A DNA stretch of 64,000 nt, taken from positions 186,001 to 250,000 of the IMG/VR virus record IMGVR_UViG_3300044633_000899; one strand, written 5' to 3'. Every line of letters begins with the position of its first letter. Positions within the stretch are counted from its first letter, which is position 1. The translations under genes and the position numbers were made by a program. Of the stretch, positions 28,075 through 38,198 are shown one piece after another. Below the pieces are notes generated by a model, which was not told the DNA's origin, ran no database searches, and saw only the letters and a list, made by a program, of their open reading frames with translations.

Positions 28075-30774
28075 ATGGCAACATTTATAACATCCAAATC
28101 GGTTGGACAAACAATTATTATTGGTGTTAACACATCAACTGGATATTGGAAATATAATCATAATGGAACTGATTCAGGTGTATTTTCTAGTAGTCCACAA
28201 ACAATTACTGTAGCAAATGTAAATGGTGAATTCACAATTATATCTTGTCAAGGTAATGGTACGGTTAGTGGAAATATCACTGATTTGCATTTAGGTAATA
28301 ACCAATTAACATCATTTGATGGAACAGATTTAACAAGTTTAACTACTTTGGGTTTAGATAATAATGGACTAACATCATTAGATAATTTTATATTTCCAGC
28401 GAGTTTAACTCAATTGATTTTAAACAATAATGGACTAATATCATTTGATGGAGTAGATTTAGTTAATTTAACTCAATTGTTTTTAAACAATAATGGACTA
28501 ATATCGTTAGATAATTTTATATTTCCAGCGAGTTTAACTAATTTGGGTTTAGGTAGTAACCAATTAACATCATTTGATGGAACTGGATTATCTAGTTTAA
28601 ATAATTTAGATTTATCTAGTAATCCTCTAACTACTTTTATTGGTGGTGATATGGGTTTAATTACTGAATTAGATTTTAATAGCTCTAGTAAGAGAAGTTG
28701 GGATATAACCACATTAGAAACATTTGATGGAACTGGATTATCTGGTTTAACTGTGTTGTATTTACAAAATAACCAATTAACATCATTTGATGGAACTGGA
28801 TTATCTGGTTTAACTAGTTTAGATTTGACTGATAATCAACTAACAGAATTTGATGGAACTGGATTATCTGGTTTAACTAGTTTAGATTTGACTGATAATC
28901 AACTAACAGAATTTGATGGAACTGGATTATCTGGTTTAACTAGTTTAGATTTGACTGATAATCAACTAACAGAATTTGATGGAACTGGATTATCTGGTTT
29001 AACTAGTTTAGATTTGACTGATAACCCCCTAACTACTTTTATTGGTGGTGATATGGGTTTAATTACATCTTTGAATTTTAATGATTGGAGTATTACAACA
29101 TTAACATCATTTGACGGAACTGGATTATCTGGTTTAACTAATTTAAGTTTACTTAATAATGGATTAACATCATTTGATGGAACTGGATTATCTGGTTTAA
29201 CTAGTTTAGATTTGACTGATAACCCCCTAACTACTTTTATTGGTGGTGATATGGGTTTAATTACTGAATTAGATTTTAATAGCTCTAGTAGGGGAAGTTG
29301 GGGTATTACAACATTAACATCATTTGATGGAACTGGATTATCTAGTTTAACTTTTTTGATTTTAGATGCTAACCAACTAACAGAATTTGATGGAACTGGA
29401 TTATCTAGTTTAACTTATTTGGGATTAGGTGATAATCAAATAACATCATTTAATGGAGTTGACTTATCTAGTTTAACTACTTTGAAGTTATATAATAACC
29501 CTTTAACTACTTTCATTGGTGGTGATATGGGTTTGATTACAACATTAAAGTTTGGTGTTGATGGTTGGAATATTACAACATTAGAAACATTTAATGGAAC
29601 TGGATTATCTAGTTTACAACAGTTAACTTTAAATAATAACCAAATTGTGTTATTGGATGTTACACCAATAACAAATTTGTCACAATTAGAATTAACTGAC
29701 AATCCAATCACACCACAAAACTGGGATTCAATATTATCAGGTTTAGTTGGTCTTGGGAATGAAGATGGTAACCTAAAAGTTGGCACTACTCAAAGAACTA
29801 ACGCTAGTACATCTGATTATGATACTTTAATTAGTAGAAATTGGGTTATTGATGGTACATTTGAAATTTACACTCCAACAACATTTATAACGTCCAAATT
29901 AACTGGTGAAACAATTAACATTACTGTTAATACAACAACTGGTTATTGGAAATATAATCATAATGGGGTTGATTTTGGCCCATTTAATCAAGATGATGGT
30001 CAACAATCACCTGAAGTCCTAAATGAAAATGGTGAATTCATAATTATATCTTGTGATGATGAAGGTACTATTAGTGGTGATATAACTAATTTGGACTTAC
30101 ACGATAATCAACTAACAACATTTGATGGAACTGGGTTATCTGGGTTAACTTATTTGGCATTGTATACTAACCAATTAACAGAATTTGATGGAACTGGATT
30201 ATCCAGTTTAATTGACTTGACTTTAGAAGATAATCAACTAACAACATTTGATGGAACTGGGTTATCTGGGTTAACTAGTTTGGCATTGTATACTAACCAA
30301 TTAACAGAATTTGATGGAACTGGATTATCCAGTTTAATTGACTTGACTTTAGAAGATAATCAACTAACAACATTTGATGGAACTGGGTTATCCAGTTTAA
30401 TTGAGTTGAGTTTAGACGATAATCAACTAACAACATTTGATGGAACTGGGTTATCTAATTTAACACAATTGCGTTTATCTAATAATCAACTAACAGGTTT
30501 GGATATTTCCTCAATGGTAAATTTAACTGATTTGTATTTCGTTAGTAAAGACGGTAGTAACCCACTAACAGCATCAGCAAATGATTCTATATTAAACCAA
30601 TTCGTCACAAATGGTTTAGAAAATGGTACTTTTCAAACAACAGGTGGAAGAACGTCAGCTGGAACAGGTGACTATGATACTTTAATATCTAGAGGTTGGA
30701 CAATTGATGGTGCTGATTTGGCATCTGCGGTTAGAAAACTAAGAGTTAAAGGTGTTGGTCAGTTGAATCAATAA
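28075..30774 (+). CDS. Leucine-rich-repeat protein (21-aa LRR) with two tandem N-cap/LRR/C-cap units
   Basis: Repeat LTSLDLTDNQLTEFDGTGLSG. TFITSK...GYWKYNHNG and DYDTLISR.W.IDG each occur twice. Confidence 0.85.
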   Translation: MATFITSKSVGQTIIIGVNTSTGYWKYNHNGTDSGVFSSSPQTITVANVNGEFTIISCQGNGTVSGNITDLHLGNNQLTSFDGTDLTSLTTLGLDNNGLTSLDNFIFPASLTQLILNNNGLISFDGVDLVNLTQLFLNNNGLISLDNFIFPASLTNLGLGSNQLTSFDGTGLSSLNNLDLSSNPLTTFIGGDMGLITELDFNSSSKRSWDITTLETFDGTGLSGLTVLYLQNNQLTSFDGTGLSGLTSLDLTDNQLTEFDGTGLSGLTSLDLTDNQLTEFDGTGLSGLTSLDLTDNQLTEFDGTGLSGLTSLDLTDNPLTTFIGGDMGLITSLNFNDWSITTLTSFDGTGLSGLTNLSLLNNGLTSFDGTGLSGLTSLDLTDNPLTTFIGGDMGLITELDFNSSSRGSWGITTLTSFDGTGLSSLTFLILDANQLTEFDGTGLSSLTYLGLGDNQITSFNGVDLSSLTTLKLYNNPLTTFIGGDMGLITTLKFGVDGWNITTLETFNGTGLSSLQQLTLNNNQIVLLDVTPITNLSQLELTDNPITPQNWDSILSGLVGLGNEDGNLKVGTTQRTNASTSDYDTLISRNWVIDGTFEIYTPTTFITSKLTGETINITVNTTTGYWKYNHNGVDFGPFNQDDGQQSPEVLNENGEFIIISCDDEGTISGDITNLDLHDNQLTTFDGTGLSGLTYLALYTNQLTEFDGTGLSSLIDLTLEDNQLTTFDGTGLSGLTSLALYTNQLTEFDGTGLSSLIDLTLEDNQLTTFDGTGLSSLIELSLDDNQLTTFDGTGLSNLTQLRLSNNQLTGLDISSMVNLTDLYFVSKDGSNPLTASANDSILNQFVTNGLENGTFQTTGGRTSAGTGDYDTLISRGWTIDGADLASAVRKLRVKGVGQLNQ
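28786..29025 (+). repeat. About four near-identical 63-nt tandem repeats
   Basis: The unit tttgatggaactggattatctggtttaactagtttagatttgactgataa starts at 28786, 28849, 28912 and 28975. Confidence 0.9.
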
Positions 30775-30808
30775 TTAACAAAATAACAATTTAAAAAAAA
30801 TAAAAATT

Positions 30809-32107
30809 ATGCCAATTAACGCAAACGGAAAATTAAGAGTTAAAGGTGTTGGACAAATAGGTCCAATATTAACAGACTTTATCTCAGTATGGGATACAAC
30901 ATTAGGTGATGGAAATCCTTCCATTATACTTCCATTAGTTGCTTCTGGTAACTACAACTTTGATGTAAACTGGGGTGATGGAAACACTGATACAATCACA
31001 GCATATGATCAAGCAGAAACAACTCACACTTATGCAACAGGAGGAATATACACAATTACAATCACAGGAACAATTGAAGGATGGTCATTTGCTGGTGGTC
31101 AAGATTATGGAAAATTAACTTCAATCACAAACATCGGACAACTTAAATTAGGAAATGAAGGTGGTGGATTTGCAGGATGTTCAAACTTAACCACAATTGG
31201 GGGTACATTTGATTTAACAGGAACTACAAATTTTACTAATATGTTTGCGGAGTGTAGCTCATTAATATCAGTAAATGGAATTAGTGGGTGGGATGTTTCT
31301 TCAGTAAATGATATGAGTTATATGTTCTATGGTACATCATTTAACCAATCATTAAATTCGTGGGACACTTCAGCTGTAACAACTATGAGTGGTATGTTTG
31401 CTAATACAACATCATTCAACCAACCATTAAATTCATGGAATGTTTCTACTGTAACTGACATGTATTATATGTTTGGTGGTGCAACATCATTCAACCAACC
31501 ATTAAATTCATGGGATACTTCAGCTGTAACTAATATGGAAAGTATGTTTGAAGGTACAACAGCATTTAACCAAGATATTAGTTCATGGGATGTATCTGCT
31601 GTAACTAATATGGGTTATATGTTCTATGGTACAATATTCAACCAACCATTAAATTCGTGGAACACATCAGCTGTAACTAATATGAATTATATGTTTGGGG
31701 ATACAGCAGCATTCAACCAACCATTAAATTCATGGGATGTATCTTCTGTAACCGATATGTCCGATATGTTTGGAGGTGCAACATCATTCAACCAATCATT
31801 AAATTCATGGGATGTATCTTCTGTAACTAATATGAATAGTATGTTTAAGAATGCAACATCATTTAATCAAGATATTAGTGGATGGGATGTATCTGCTGTA
31901 ACTGAGATGGGTGGTTTTATGTATGGTAAATCAACAGCAAATTATGATCATTATGATGATCTCCTAAATGCTTGGTCATTGTTAACTCTACAAGGTGATA
32001 TAAATTGGGGTATGGGTACAATTGAATATACTAGTGCCGGGGCTGCTGCTAGAACAAGTATTATTTCAAATTATTCATGGACAATTACTGATGGTGGAGA
32101 AATTTAA
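30809..32107 (+). CDS. BspA-family (DUF285) LRR protein with a PKD-like N-terminal domain
   Basis: Repeats [20 protein letters not shown]. N-terminal VNWGDG..HTYA..G.YTITITG. Confidence 0.9.
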   Translation: MPINANGKLRVKGVGQIGPILTDFISVWDTTLGDGNPSIILPLVASGNYNFDVNWGDGNTDTITAYDQAETTHTYATGGIYTITITGTIEGWSFAGGQDYGKLTSITNIGQLKLGNEGGGFAGCSNLTTIGGTFDLTGTTNFTNMFAECSSLISVNGISGWDVSSVNDMSYMFYGTSFNQSLNSWDTSAVTTMSGMFANTTSFNQPLNSWNVSTVTDMYYMFGGATSFNQPLNSWDTSAVTNMESMFEGTTAFNQDISSWDVSAVTNMGYMFYGTIFNQPLNSWNTSAVTNMNYMFGDTAAFNQPLNSWDVSSVTDMSDMFGGATSFNQSLNSWDVSSVTNMNSMFKNATSFNQDISGWDVSAVTEMGGFMYGKSTANYDHYDDLLNAWSLLTLQGDINWGMGTIEYTSAGAAARTSIISNYSWTITDGGEI

Positions 32108-32136
32108 TCAACTGATTTAATTAACAACCAAAAAAG

Positions 32137-32163
32137 AAAGGAGACTCAAGAGGTCTCCTTTTT
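32137..32163. terminator. Bidirectional intrinsic terminator
   Basis: AAAGGAGAC-TCAAGAG-GTCTCCTTT flanked by A- and T-tracts, between convergent genes. Confidence 0.85.
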
Positions 32164-32184
32164 CATTTAAAAACATAATAAATT

Positions 32185-33369
32185 TTAAAAATACAAATTG
32201 GTTTTAGGGTTATAAACCAATTCACCATTCCCCCCATTAAATAAACCCTCAATTAACATATCATACGTTTTAATAACGTCTTCGTTACTTATATGATATC
32301 TTTGTAAAACCTTATCGTTTCGTTGATTATAACGGTCAATATCAGCGTCATGCTCAACCAATACTTGATTTAATAATTTAGCCGCCTCAACGGTATCAGA
32401 ACCCTCATAATAATAACCCAAATCTTTACACATAGGAGCGTTATGTAATACAGGATAACCCAAATAAACAGCGTCCAAATATAAATAATTTAATGGGTTT
32501 AATAATTGGTGACATATTAATATATCCAAATGTTGTGTTAACATAAATGCTGTTTGATATCTTGATTCAGCACTAATCTTTCCTTCTTTATATAAATCAA
32601 AGGTTTCAATGATTGACATAAATTCCCTATGTTTTGATACGGTGGTAGCATTTGTTATTCTTAATTTTTCAATACGTTTTCTACCTTCAGATGTTCTATA
32701 TGATTCTTCAGCAATCATCGCTGGAATTAAACAAAATTTAACAATATTTAAGTTTGGTTCCATAATACCCAAAATCTTTTTTTCTTTGGTATTATCATAT
32801 TGCCAATCCTTTTTATATTTCCCATCTTTAAAACCTTTATGTATTTCAACAACAGATTCGTGTAGATATTTTTCAGACCAAATAAATGGTACTGGTATTG
32901 CATTAACACGATATAGTGTTTTATATAATCCAGAATTTACCTCGTGTTGTTGTGGTACATACCATACTTCATCATATTGTTTTTCGTATTGGAATTTTTT
33001 ACTCTCACTTTGTTTAAATAAAATATTTTCCATATGGATTACATAGTTATTTCCACACTTATAAGATACAACCTTTTTATTTTTTCCAGATTTTTTAAAG
33101 GTTTCAAGTTGATGGTCAAATATTTGGGCACCCATACAAATAATCAAATCCATTTCCATAAAAACATCATTGAAGTAATGTACATCAATATCTGTTAAAT
33201 AAGATGGTTTTTCTGTAAAATCAACATTCGTAGAGTTTAATATGCAGACATCATAATTTTTGGTTGATTTTTTTAATAGTTCAACCAACATCAATACATT
33301 TTGTTTAATACCATTTGTCCAGATGGATTCTTTGTTGTCTTTAAGACCTAATGTAATACCTATTTTCAT
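32185..33369 (-). CDS. DUF2827-family protein (putative GT-B glycosyltransferase)
   Basis: IWTNGIKQN, YKCGNNY, IMEPNLNIVK and HQLLNPLNYLYLDAVYLGYPVLHNA motifs. Confidence 0.8.
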   Translation of the reverse strand: MKIGITLGLKDNKESIWTNGIKQNVLMLVELLKKSTKNYDVCILNSTNVDFTEKPSYLTDIDVHYFNDVFMEMDLIICMGAQIFDHQLETFKKSGKNKKVVSYKCGNNYVIHMENILFKQSESKKFQYEKQYDEVWYVPQQHEVNSGLYKTLYRVNAIPVPFIWSEKYLHESVVEIHKGFKDGKYKKDWQYDNTKEKKILGIMEPNLNIVKFCLIPAMIAEESYRTSEGRKRIEKLRITNATTVSKHREFMSIIETFDLYKEGKISAESRYQTAFMLTQHLDILICHQLLNPLNYLYLDAVYLGYPVLHNAPMCKDLGYYYEGSDTVEAAKLLNQVLVEHDADIDRYNQRNDKVLQRYHISNEDVIKTYDMLIEGLFNGGNGELVYNPKTNLYF

Positions 33370-33923
33370 TTTTTATTATGTTTATTTAAAAATTGGTTTA
33401 TAAGTTGATCTTTCTTTTCTTGTGTGTCGGAATTTACCCATAACCACAAAAATGAGGTCTCAACTGATTTTAATTGTTTCTTTTTGTCTTCCACAATTTT
33501 TTCTAATAATGTAATTGTATTAATACTTATTTCAATTTCAATATTTAGTTTTTTTGCGATCTTATATAACACCAACAAATTGTTTTCGTCATATGCAATT
33601 TGTGCTTCATCATATAATTTATTTTTATATTGGTTTGGTGTTTTGTCTGGATGTGATGCTTTTGCTATTGATCTAAAAATATTTTTAATCAACTTCTTAT
33701 CGTCATCGTTAACATCAATGATATTTTTTTGTGAGTTTTTTATATTGTGATTATTTGTTTCACCCGTTGGTGTTTGGGCGACGTATCCGTTATTGGATAA
33801 CTCTTCCATAAATGTTGGTGAATGATATGTTGTAAATTCATCAATATAGTCTTTTTCCGAATCTAACAATTTCAATTCTTTAAGTAAAAGGTCTAATTTT
33901 AGATTTTTTAATTTTTCGCTCAC
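33366..33923 (-). CDS. J-domain (DnaJ-like) protein; probable GTG start at 33923
   Basis: IFRSIAKASHPDK...LYDEAQIAY (HPD motif). TATTTAT lies 4 nt upstream of the GTG. Confidence 0.65.
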   Translation of the reverse strand: MSEKLKNLKLDLLLKELKLLDSEKDYIDEFTTYHSPTFMEELSNNGYVAQTPTGETNNHNIKNSQKNIIDVNDDDKKLIKNIFRSIAKASHPDKTPNQYKNKLYDEAQIAYDENNLLVLYKIAKKLNIEIEISINTITLLEKIVEDKKKQLKSVETSFLWLWVNSDTQEKKDQLINQFLNKHNKK

Positions 33924-33971
33924 GTATATAAATAGTTTAAATCTTGTGATATTTATAAATAAAAATAGATT

Positions 33972-34169
33972 ATGAAAAATTTTGGTACACATATAACATC
34001 TTGGATTGCAATACTTTTATTATTGACTGGATCAATATTATACCCATATTGGGTTGTTAAGGGTTATTTAGAAAATTGGTATTTAATTATTTCTGTTTTT
34101 ATCGCTTGTTATGGTGGTTTAATTGGAAATATTGTTTGGTATAAAAATTTTATTAAAAACAATAAATGA
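33972..34169 (+). CDS. Small two-TM membrane protein
   Basis: Two hydrophobic stretches; ATGA overlap with the next gene. Confidence 0.55.
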   Translation: MKNFGTHITSWIAILLLLTGSILYPYWVVKGYLENWYLIISVFIACYGGLIGNIVWYKNFIKNNK

Positions 34170-34549
34170 TATATCTCGGTTTTTTATTGTTCATACTATC
34201 GGGGATGTTTGAGGCGGTAATGGATAAGTTACAATTTCATTATGATTTGTCTATATTTAAAAATTTTAAAAATCAATTGTTCTGGAATCCAGATGTTTCC
34301 TGGAAGAATAAGTATGAGGATGGTGATCCAATGAAAGGTGAACGATTTTTTTTATCAAAATCATTATTTGTTGGTTTTACTGACGCTTGGCATTTATTTA
34401 AGTTATTTAGAACCTTAACAATATTCGCCGGTATTTATTTTCTATTTATCCCTTGTGCTACCAAATATATGTGTTTAATGTTTGTTATTATCGCTAGAAT
34501 TTTGTTTGGTCTTTCTTTTACTTTGTTTTTTAAATTATTTGAAGATTAA
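34166..34549 (+). CDS. Membrane protein
   Basis: Hydrophobic N- and C-terminal helices; WKNKY and FTDAWHLFK motifs. Confidence 0.6.
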   Translation: MIYLGFLLFILSGMFEAVMDKLQFHYDLSIFKNFKNQLFWNPDVSWKNKYEDGDPMKGERFFLSKSLFVGFTDAWHLFKLFRTLTIFAGIYFLFIPCATKYMCLMFVIIARILFGLSFTLFFKLFED

Positions 34550-34583
34550 TAGTCTTTTGTTGTATTTATAAGATAAAACGTAG

Positions 34584-35372
34584 ATGAGTCAATTAATAAC
34601 AATAAATAGTGTATCATATGATGGTGAATTGGCAACAATTTTATTTAAACCAGACAATTCAAATGATGTTATTAATTTTGGTGTTGTTACATTACCGTTT
34701 GTATTTAATTCGGGTTTATTAACACCCCCAAGGGATGTTTATGGTAGTTATACAATATTGGTTGATGGTTCAGATTGTTCAAAAATTATGAATGTACCTA
34801 GACCAACACCCACACCAACACCAACGGTAACACCCACTCGGACTGTTACCCCAACACCTACGACAACACCGACACCAACACCAACAAACGATCCGTGTCC
34901 AACAAAGACACCGACACCAACACCGACCTCAACACCACAACCAACAAGAACCCCCACAAGGACACCAACACCGACACCAACGTCAAGTCCGTGTAAAACA
35001 CCTACGCCAACACCGACACCAACAACAAGTTTGTTGCCGTCATCGTCTGGTATTTATTTTGGTAAATTTAGTGGTTCAACAATAACAAGTGGTAATGTGT
35101 CAACGTTTACTTTTGTTTTAACAAACAACCCGACAAATTCATATGTTACATTTCAAACTGGAAGTGCGTATGGATATATTTTAATACCAATATCATTATC
35201 ACAACCAACAGGATTTAGAGATAGTGATGCTGGTTGTAGTGGATTTAATATACCAATAAATAATATTGGGACAATAATTATAATAGACGGAAATGGTTTC
35301 CCAATAACATATAATATATATAGAACATTCTATCCATTCTTTGGTGATACAGATTGTTGGTTATGTAATTAA
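34584..35372 (+). CDS. Pro/Thr-tract (mucin-like) virion protein
   Basis: About 75-aa (PT)n tract with interspersed Cys. The C-terminal domain is homologous to the end of 21347. Confidence 0.75.
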   Translation: MSQLITINSVSYDGELATILFKPDNSNDVINFGVVTLPFVFNSGLLTPPRDVYGSYTILVDGSDCSKIMNVPRPTPTPTPTVTPTRTVTPTPTTTPTPTPTNDPCPTKTPTPTPTSTPQPTRTPTRTPTPTPTSSPCKTPTPTPTPTTSLLPSSSGIYFGKFSGSTITSGNVSTFTFVLTNNPTNSYVTFQTGSAYGYILIPISLSQPTGFRDSDAGCSGFNIPINNIGTIIIIDGNGFPITYNIYRTFYPFFGDTDCWLCN

Positions 35373-35381
35373 AAAATAGAT

Positions 35382-36785
35382 ATGATGAGTTTTTCTTTTT
35401 CTGGTGGAGTTGAGGTGTATGGTTTTATATCACCAACCGATATTACAGATGAATATCCGGTAATAGATCCACTATATGGTATTGACGGATTTAGAAACGT
35501 TAACACATTATCTGATTTAAATTCAATACCAAATCTAAGAAGACGTGCGGGTATGGTCGTCGGAGTTAGTGGTGGTACTACGTATTACAAACTAAACCCC
35601 TCTCCTTGGAATGGTTCAATTTCAGATTGGTCTCTATTTCAAACTGGTGGTGGTAGTGGTGCGTTTACTGGTGGAACCGTAACTGGTGATACAATTTTCA
35701 CACAAGGTGTTACAGCGACAACATTAAACGTTAATGGTATTAACATTACTGGTGATACATATGTTACTGGGGGTACTTACTATACTGGTGGTACTATTGT
35801 GTTTGATTATAACACAATTGGTAATTTTCCTGTAACAGGTTTAACCGAAGATCTTAACAACGCAATTGCCGGACTTGCTGAGACCGATGAATTGACAATT
35901 GAGTTAGACGTTTTAACAAATAAAATAAGATTAAAAGATATTGTCGCAGCAGGTAGTGGTGGTACTAGAACGTTTCAAGGTGATATTGTTGTTGATGGTT
36001 TATTAAACATAAACACAATTGGTTCTGGAATACCTATAATTAATTTAGGTTTAGATAATACAAATCAAGTTGTAACTGGTGCTACAGATCAAATTGTAAC
36101 GATAACTGGGGGTACAAATATAGAAATTAATGGGTCTTATCCAAATTTCGGTATTGATTATACTGGTCAAACAACATTTGATTATTTACCAATAAGTGGT
36201 GGTACTGTAACTGGTGATACAATATTTACAAGTGGTTTAACTGCAACAACATTAAATGTAAACGGTATTATCATTACTGGTGATACATATGTTACTGGTG
36301 GAACATATTACACTGGTGGTACAATTATTTTTGACTATAACACAGGGGGTGATTTTCCTGTATCAGGTTTAACTGAAGATCTTAATATCGCAATCGCTGG
36401 TCTTGCCGAAACCGATGAACTAACAATTGAGTTAGATATTACAACAAATAAAATAAGATTAAAGGATGTTGTTGCACCAGGTAGTGGTAACACAAGAACT
36501 TTTCAAGGTGACATTATTATTGAGAGTGGATTAACGGCAACAACAGCATTTATTATATACACACAATGGACGTTGGATTTTATGGATTCATTGGATCTTG
36601 AGATTTACGCACCTAACGATATTTCAATTGATAGTATTATTAATTTGGTTAATAGTCCAACAACAACAATATTAGTTAATAATTTACCATACACACCAAC
36701 AACATTAATTACTAGTGGTGATAAAATTAATGTAACAACCGATATTAACTCGGTTATTCAATTTAATATAACAAACTATTTATAA
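35382..36785 (+). CDS. Tail-fibre protein with an internally duplicated module
   Basis: GGTVTGDTIFT...GLAETDELTIELD..TNKIRLKD...RTFQGDI occurs twice. Confidence 0.7.
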   Translation: MMSFSFSGGVEVYGFISPTDITDEYPVIDPLYGIDGFRNVNTLSDLNSIPNLRRRAGMVVGVSGGTTYYKLNPSPWNGSISDWSLFQTGGGSGAFTGGTVTGDTIFTQGVTATTLNVNGINITGDTYVTGGTYYTGGTIVFDYNTIGNFPVTGLTEDLNNAIAGLAETDELTIELDVLTNKIRLKDIVAAGSGGTRTFQGDIVVDGLLNINTIGSGIPIINLGLDNTNQVVTGATDQIVTITGGTNIEINGSYPNFGIDYTGQTTFDYLPISGGTVTGDTIFTSGLTATTLNVNGIIITGDTYVTGGTYYTGGTIIFDYNTGGDFPVSGLTEDLNIAIAGLAETDELTIELDITTNKIRLKDVVAPGSGNTRTFQGDIIIESGLTATTAFIIYTQWTLDFMDSLDLEIYAPNDISIDSIINLVNSPTTTILVNNLPYTPTTLITSGDKINVTTDINSVIQFNITNYL

Positions 36786-36788
36786 TAT

Positions 36789-37583
36789 ATGTCAACAAGA
36801 ACAATACATTGGACGGAGGATACTAAAACGATGAAAATAAGGACAGATGTTCCGGGTTTTTTTATTGAGTTTGGACAACAAATGGTGATTAGAGTTAAAA
36901 ATGATACAGAAAATTTAATCCCACCTAGTACTGTTGTTTATTTAAATGGGTCTCAAACATTCCCCACTTTGGAAATCGCCGATTACTCTTCCTATCTAAC
37001 ATCTGAAGGAACGTTAGGATTTGTTGCACATAATATGAATGGTAATACCGATGGTTACGTTGTAACAAAAGGGATCTTGAGAAATGTTGATTTAAGTGAT
37101 TTTTCAGATGGTAATGAAATTTACTTGTATACAGGTGGAACATTTACGACAACTAAACCAATTGCGCCACTTCCAGAGGTTTACCTTGGAACTGTAATTA
37201 AATCTGGTGTTAATGGTATTTTAAATGTTGATATTAATCTTGGTTTTGAACTTGAAGAATTGCATAACATAAAAATAACCAACCCAACTAATGGTGATGT
37301 ATTAACTTGGGACACCGATGAGTCTGTTTGGACAAATAAAACTGTCGGTAGTGTTAGTGGTAGTACTAGTTGGACAATAGATTTTATGGACTCAAATAGT
37401 ATTGATATTTATACCACAACAAATTTTAGAATCACATCAATTAACAATATTAAAAACACACCAATTATTAATATTTTAGTTAATGATAATAATTATACAT
37501 TAGACCAACAAATATCAAGTGGTGATAAAATCACAATAACATCGGATATAAATTCGGTTGTATTATTAAACATAGAGGAATAA
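36789..37583 (+). CDS. Tail-fibre-associated protein
   Basis: GYVVTKG and LEELHNIKITNPTNGDVLTWD..VWTN motifs. The C-terminal WTIDFMDS domain is homologous to the end of 35382. Confidence 0.65.
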   Translation: MSTRTIHWTEDTKTMKIRTDVPGFFIEFGQQMVIRVKNDTENLIPPSTVVYLNGSQTFPTLEIADYSSYLTSEGTLGFVAHNMNGNTDGYVVTKGILRNVDLSDFSDGNEIYLYTGGTFTTTKPIAPLPEVYLGTVIKSGVNGILNVDINLGFELEELHNIKITNPTNGDVLTWDTDESVWTNKTVGSVSGSTSWTIDFMDSNSIDIYTTTNFRITSINNIKNTPIINILVNDNNYTLDQQISSGDKITITSDINSVVLLNIEE

Positions 37584-38002
37584 TGAATAATTTATATTTT
37601 AAAGCAAAACCACAAGTTACACCTTTTACTGGGGGTACAATCGCAAATTTAACGGTAACCGGTAATACAATTGTTGATGGATTAACAGCCAACACACTAA
37701 ATGTTAACGGTATTAATATTACTGGTGATACGTATGTTACTGGTGGGACATATAATTTTACTGGAGACACATTAATATTAGAAAGAAATGATGGTAATAA
37801 TGTACCAATAACTGGATTTACATATGAAAGACAAAGTGATTATGTTTATCCGTATCATTATTCAGGTACAGCACCACTATATACCTTAACTTCAACATCA
37901 AATTGGATAATAAAAAGAGTTAATTTTACAACACCAGGTTCACCAATAACTCAATCTGCTATTGGTTCATGGGATAATAGATATACATTAACATATTCAT
38001 AA
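37583..38002 (+). CDS. Small fibre-module protein
   Basis: Shares TANTLNVNGINITGDTYVTGGTY with 35382 and 44676. Confidence 0.65.
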   Translation: MNNLYFKAKPQVTPFTGGTIANLTVTGNTIVDGLTANTLNVNGINITGDTYVTGGTYNFTGDTLILERNDGNNVPITGFTYERQSDYVYPYHYSGTAPLYTLTSTSNWIIKRVNFTTPGSPITQSAIGSWDNRYTLTYS

Positions 38003-38015
38003 AAAATAAAATAAA

Positions 38016-38198
38016 ATGGAAAGAAAATTTAGTTTTGTAATAAATTGTACTGACGGTGATAATTATGCACTTGTTATGTCGTGTTGGAAATTAGATGAGG
38101 ATGGGAATCGTCTTGACCGACAATCTGAAACCAAAACACAAATCAGTTTAGAAAACTGTTTTATTGAACAAAAAATATTCGTTGACAAATGGCTTTAA
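38016..38198 (+). CDS. 60-aa protein, copy 1 (possible fibre chaperone/adaptor)
   Basis: Close paralog of 39335-39517. Confidence 0.75.
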   Translation: MERKFSFVINCTDGDNYALVMSCWKLDEDGNRLDRQSETKTQISLENCFIEQKIFVDKWL

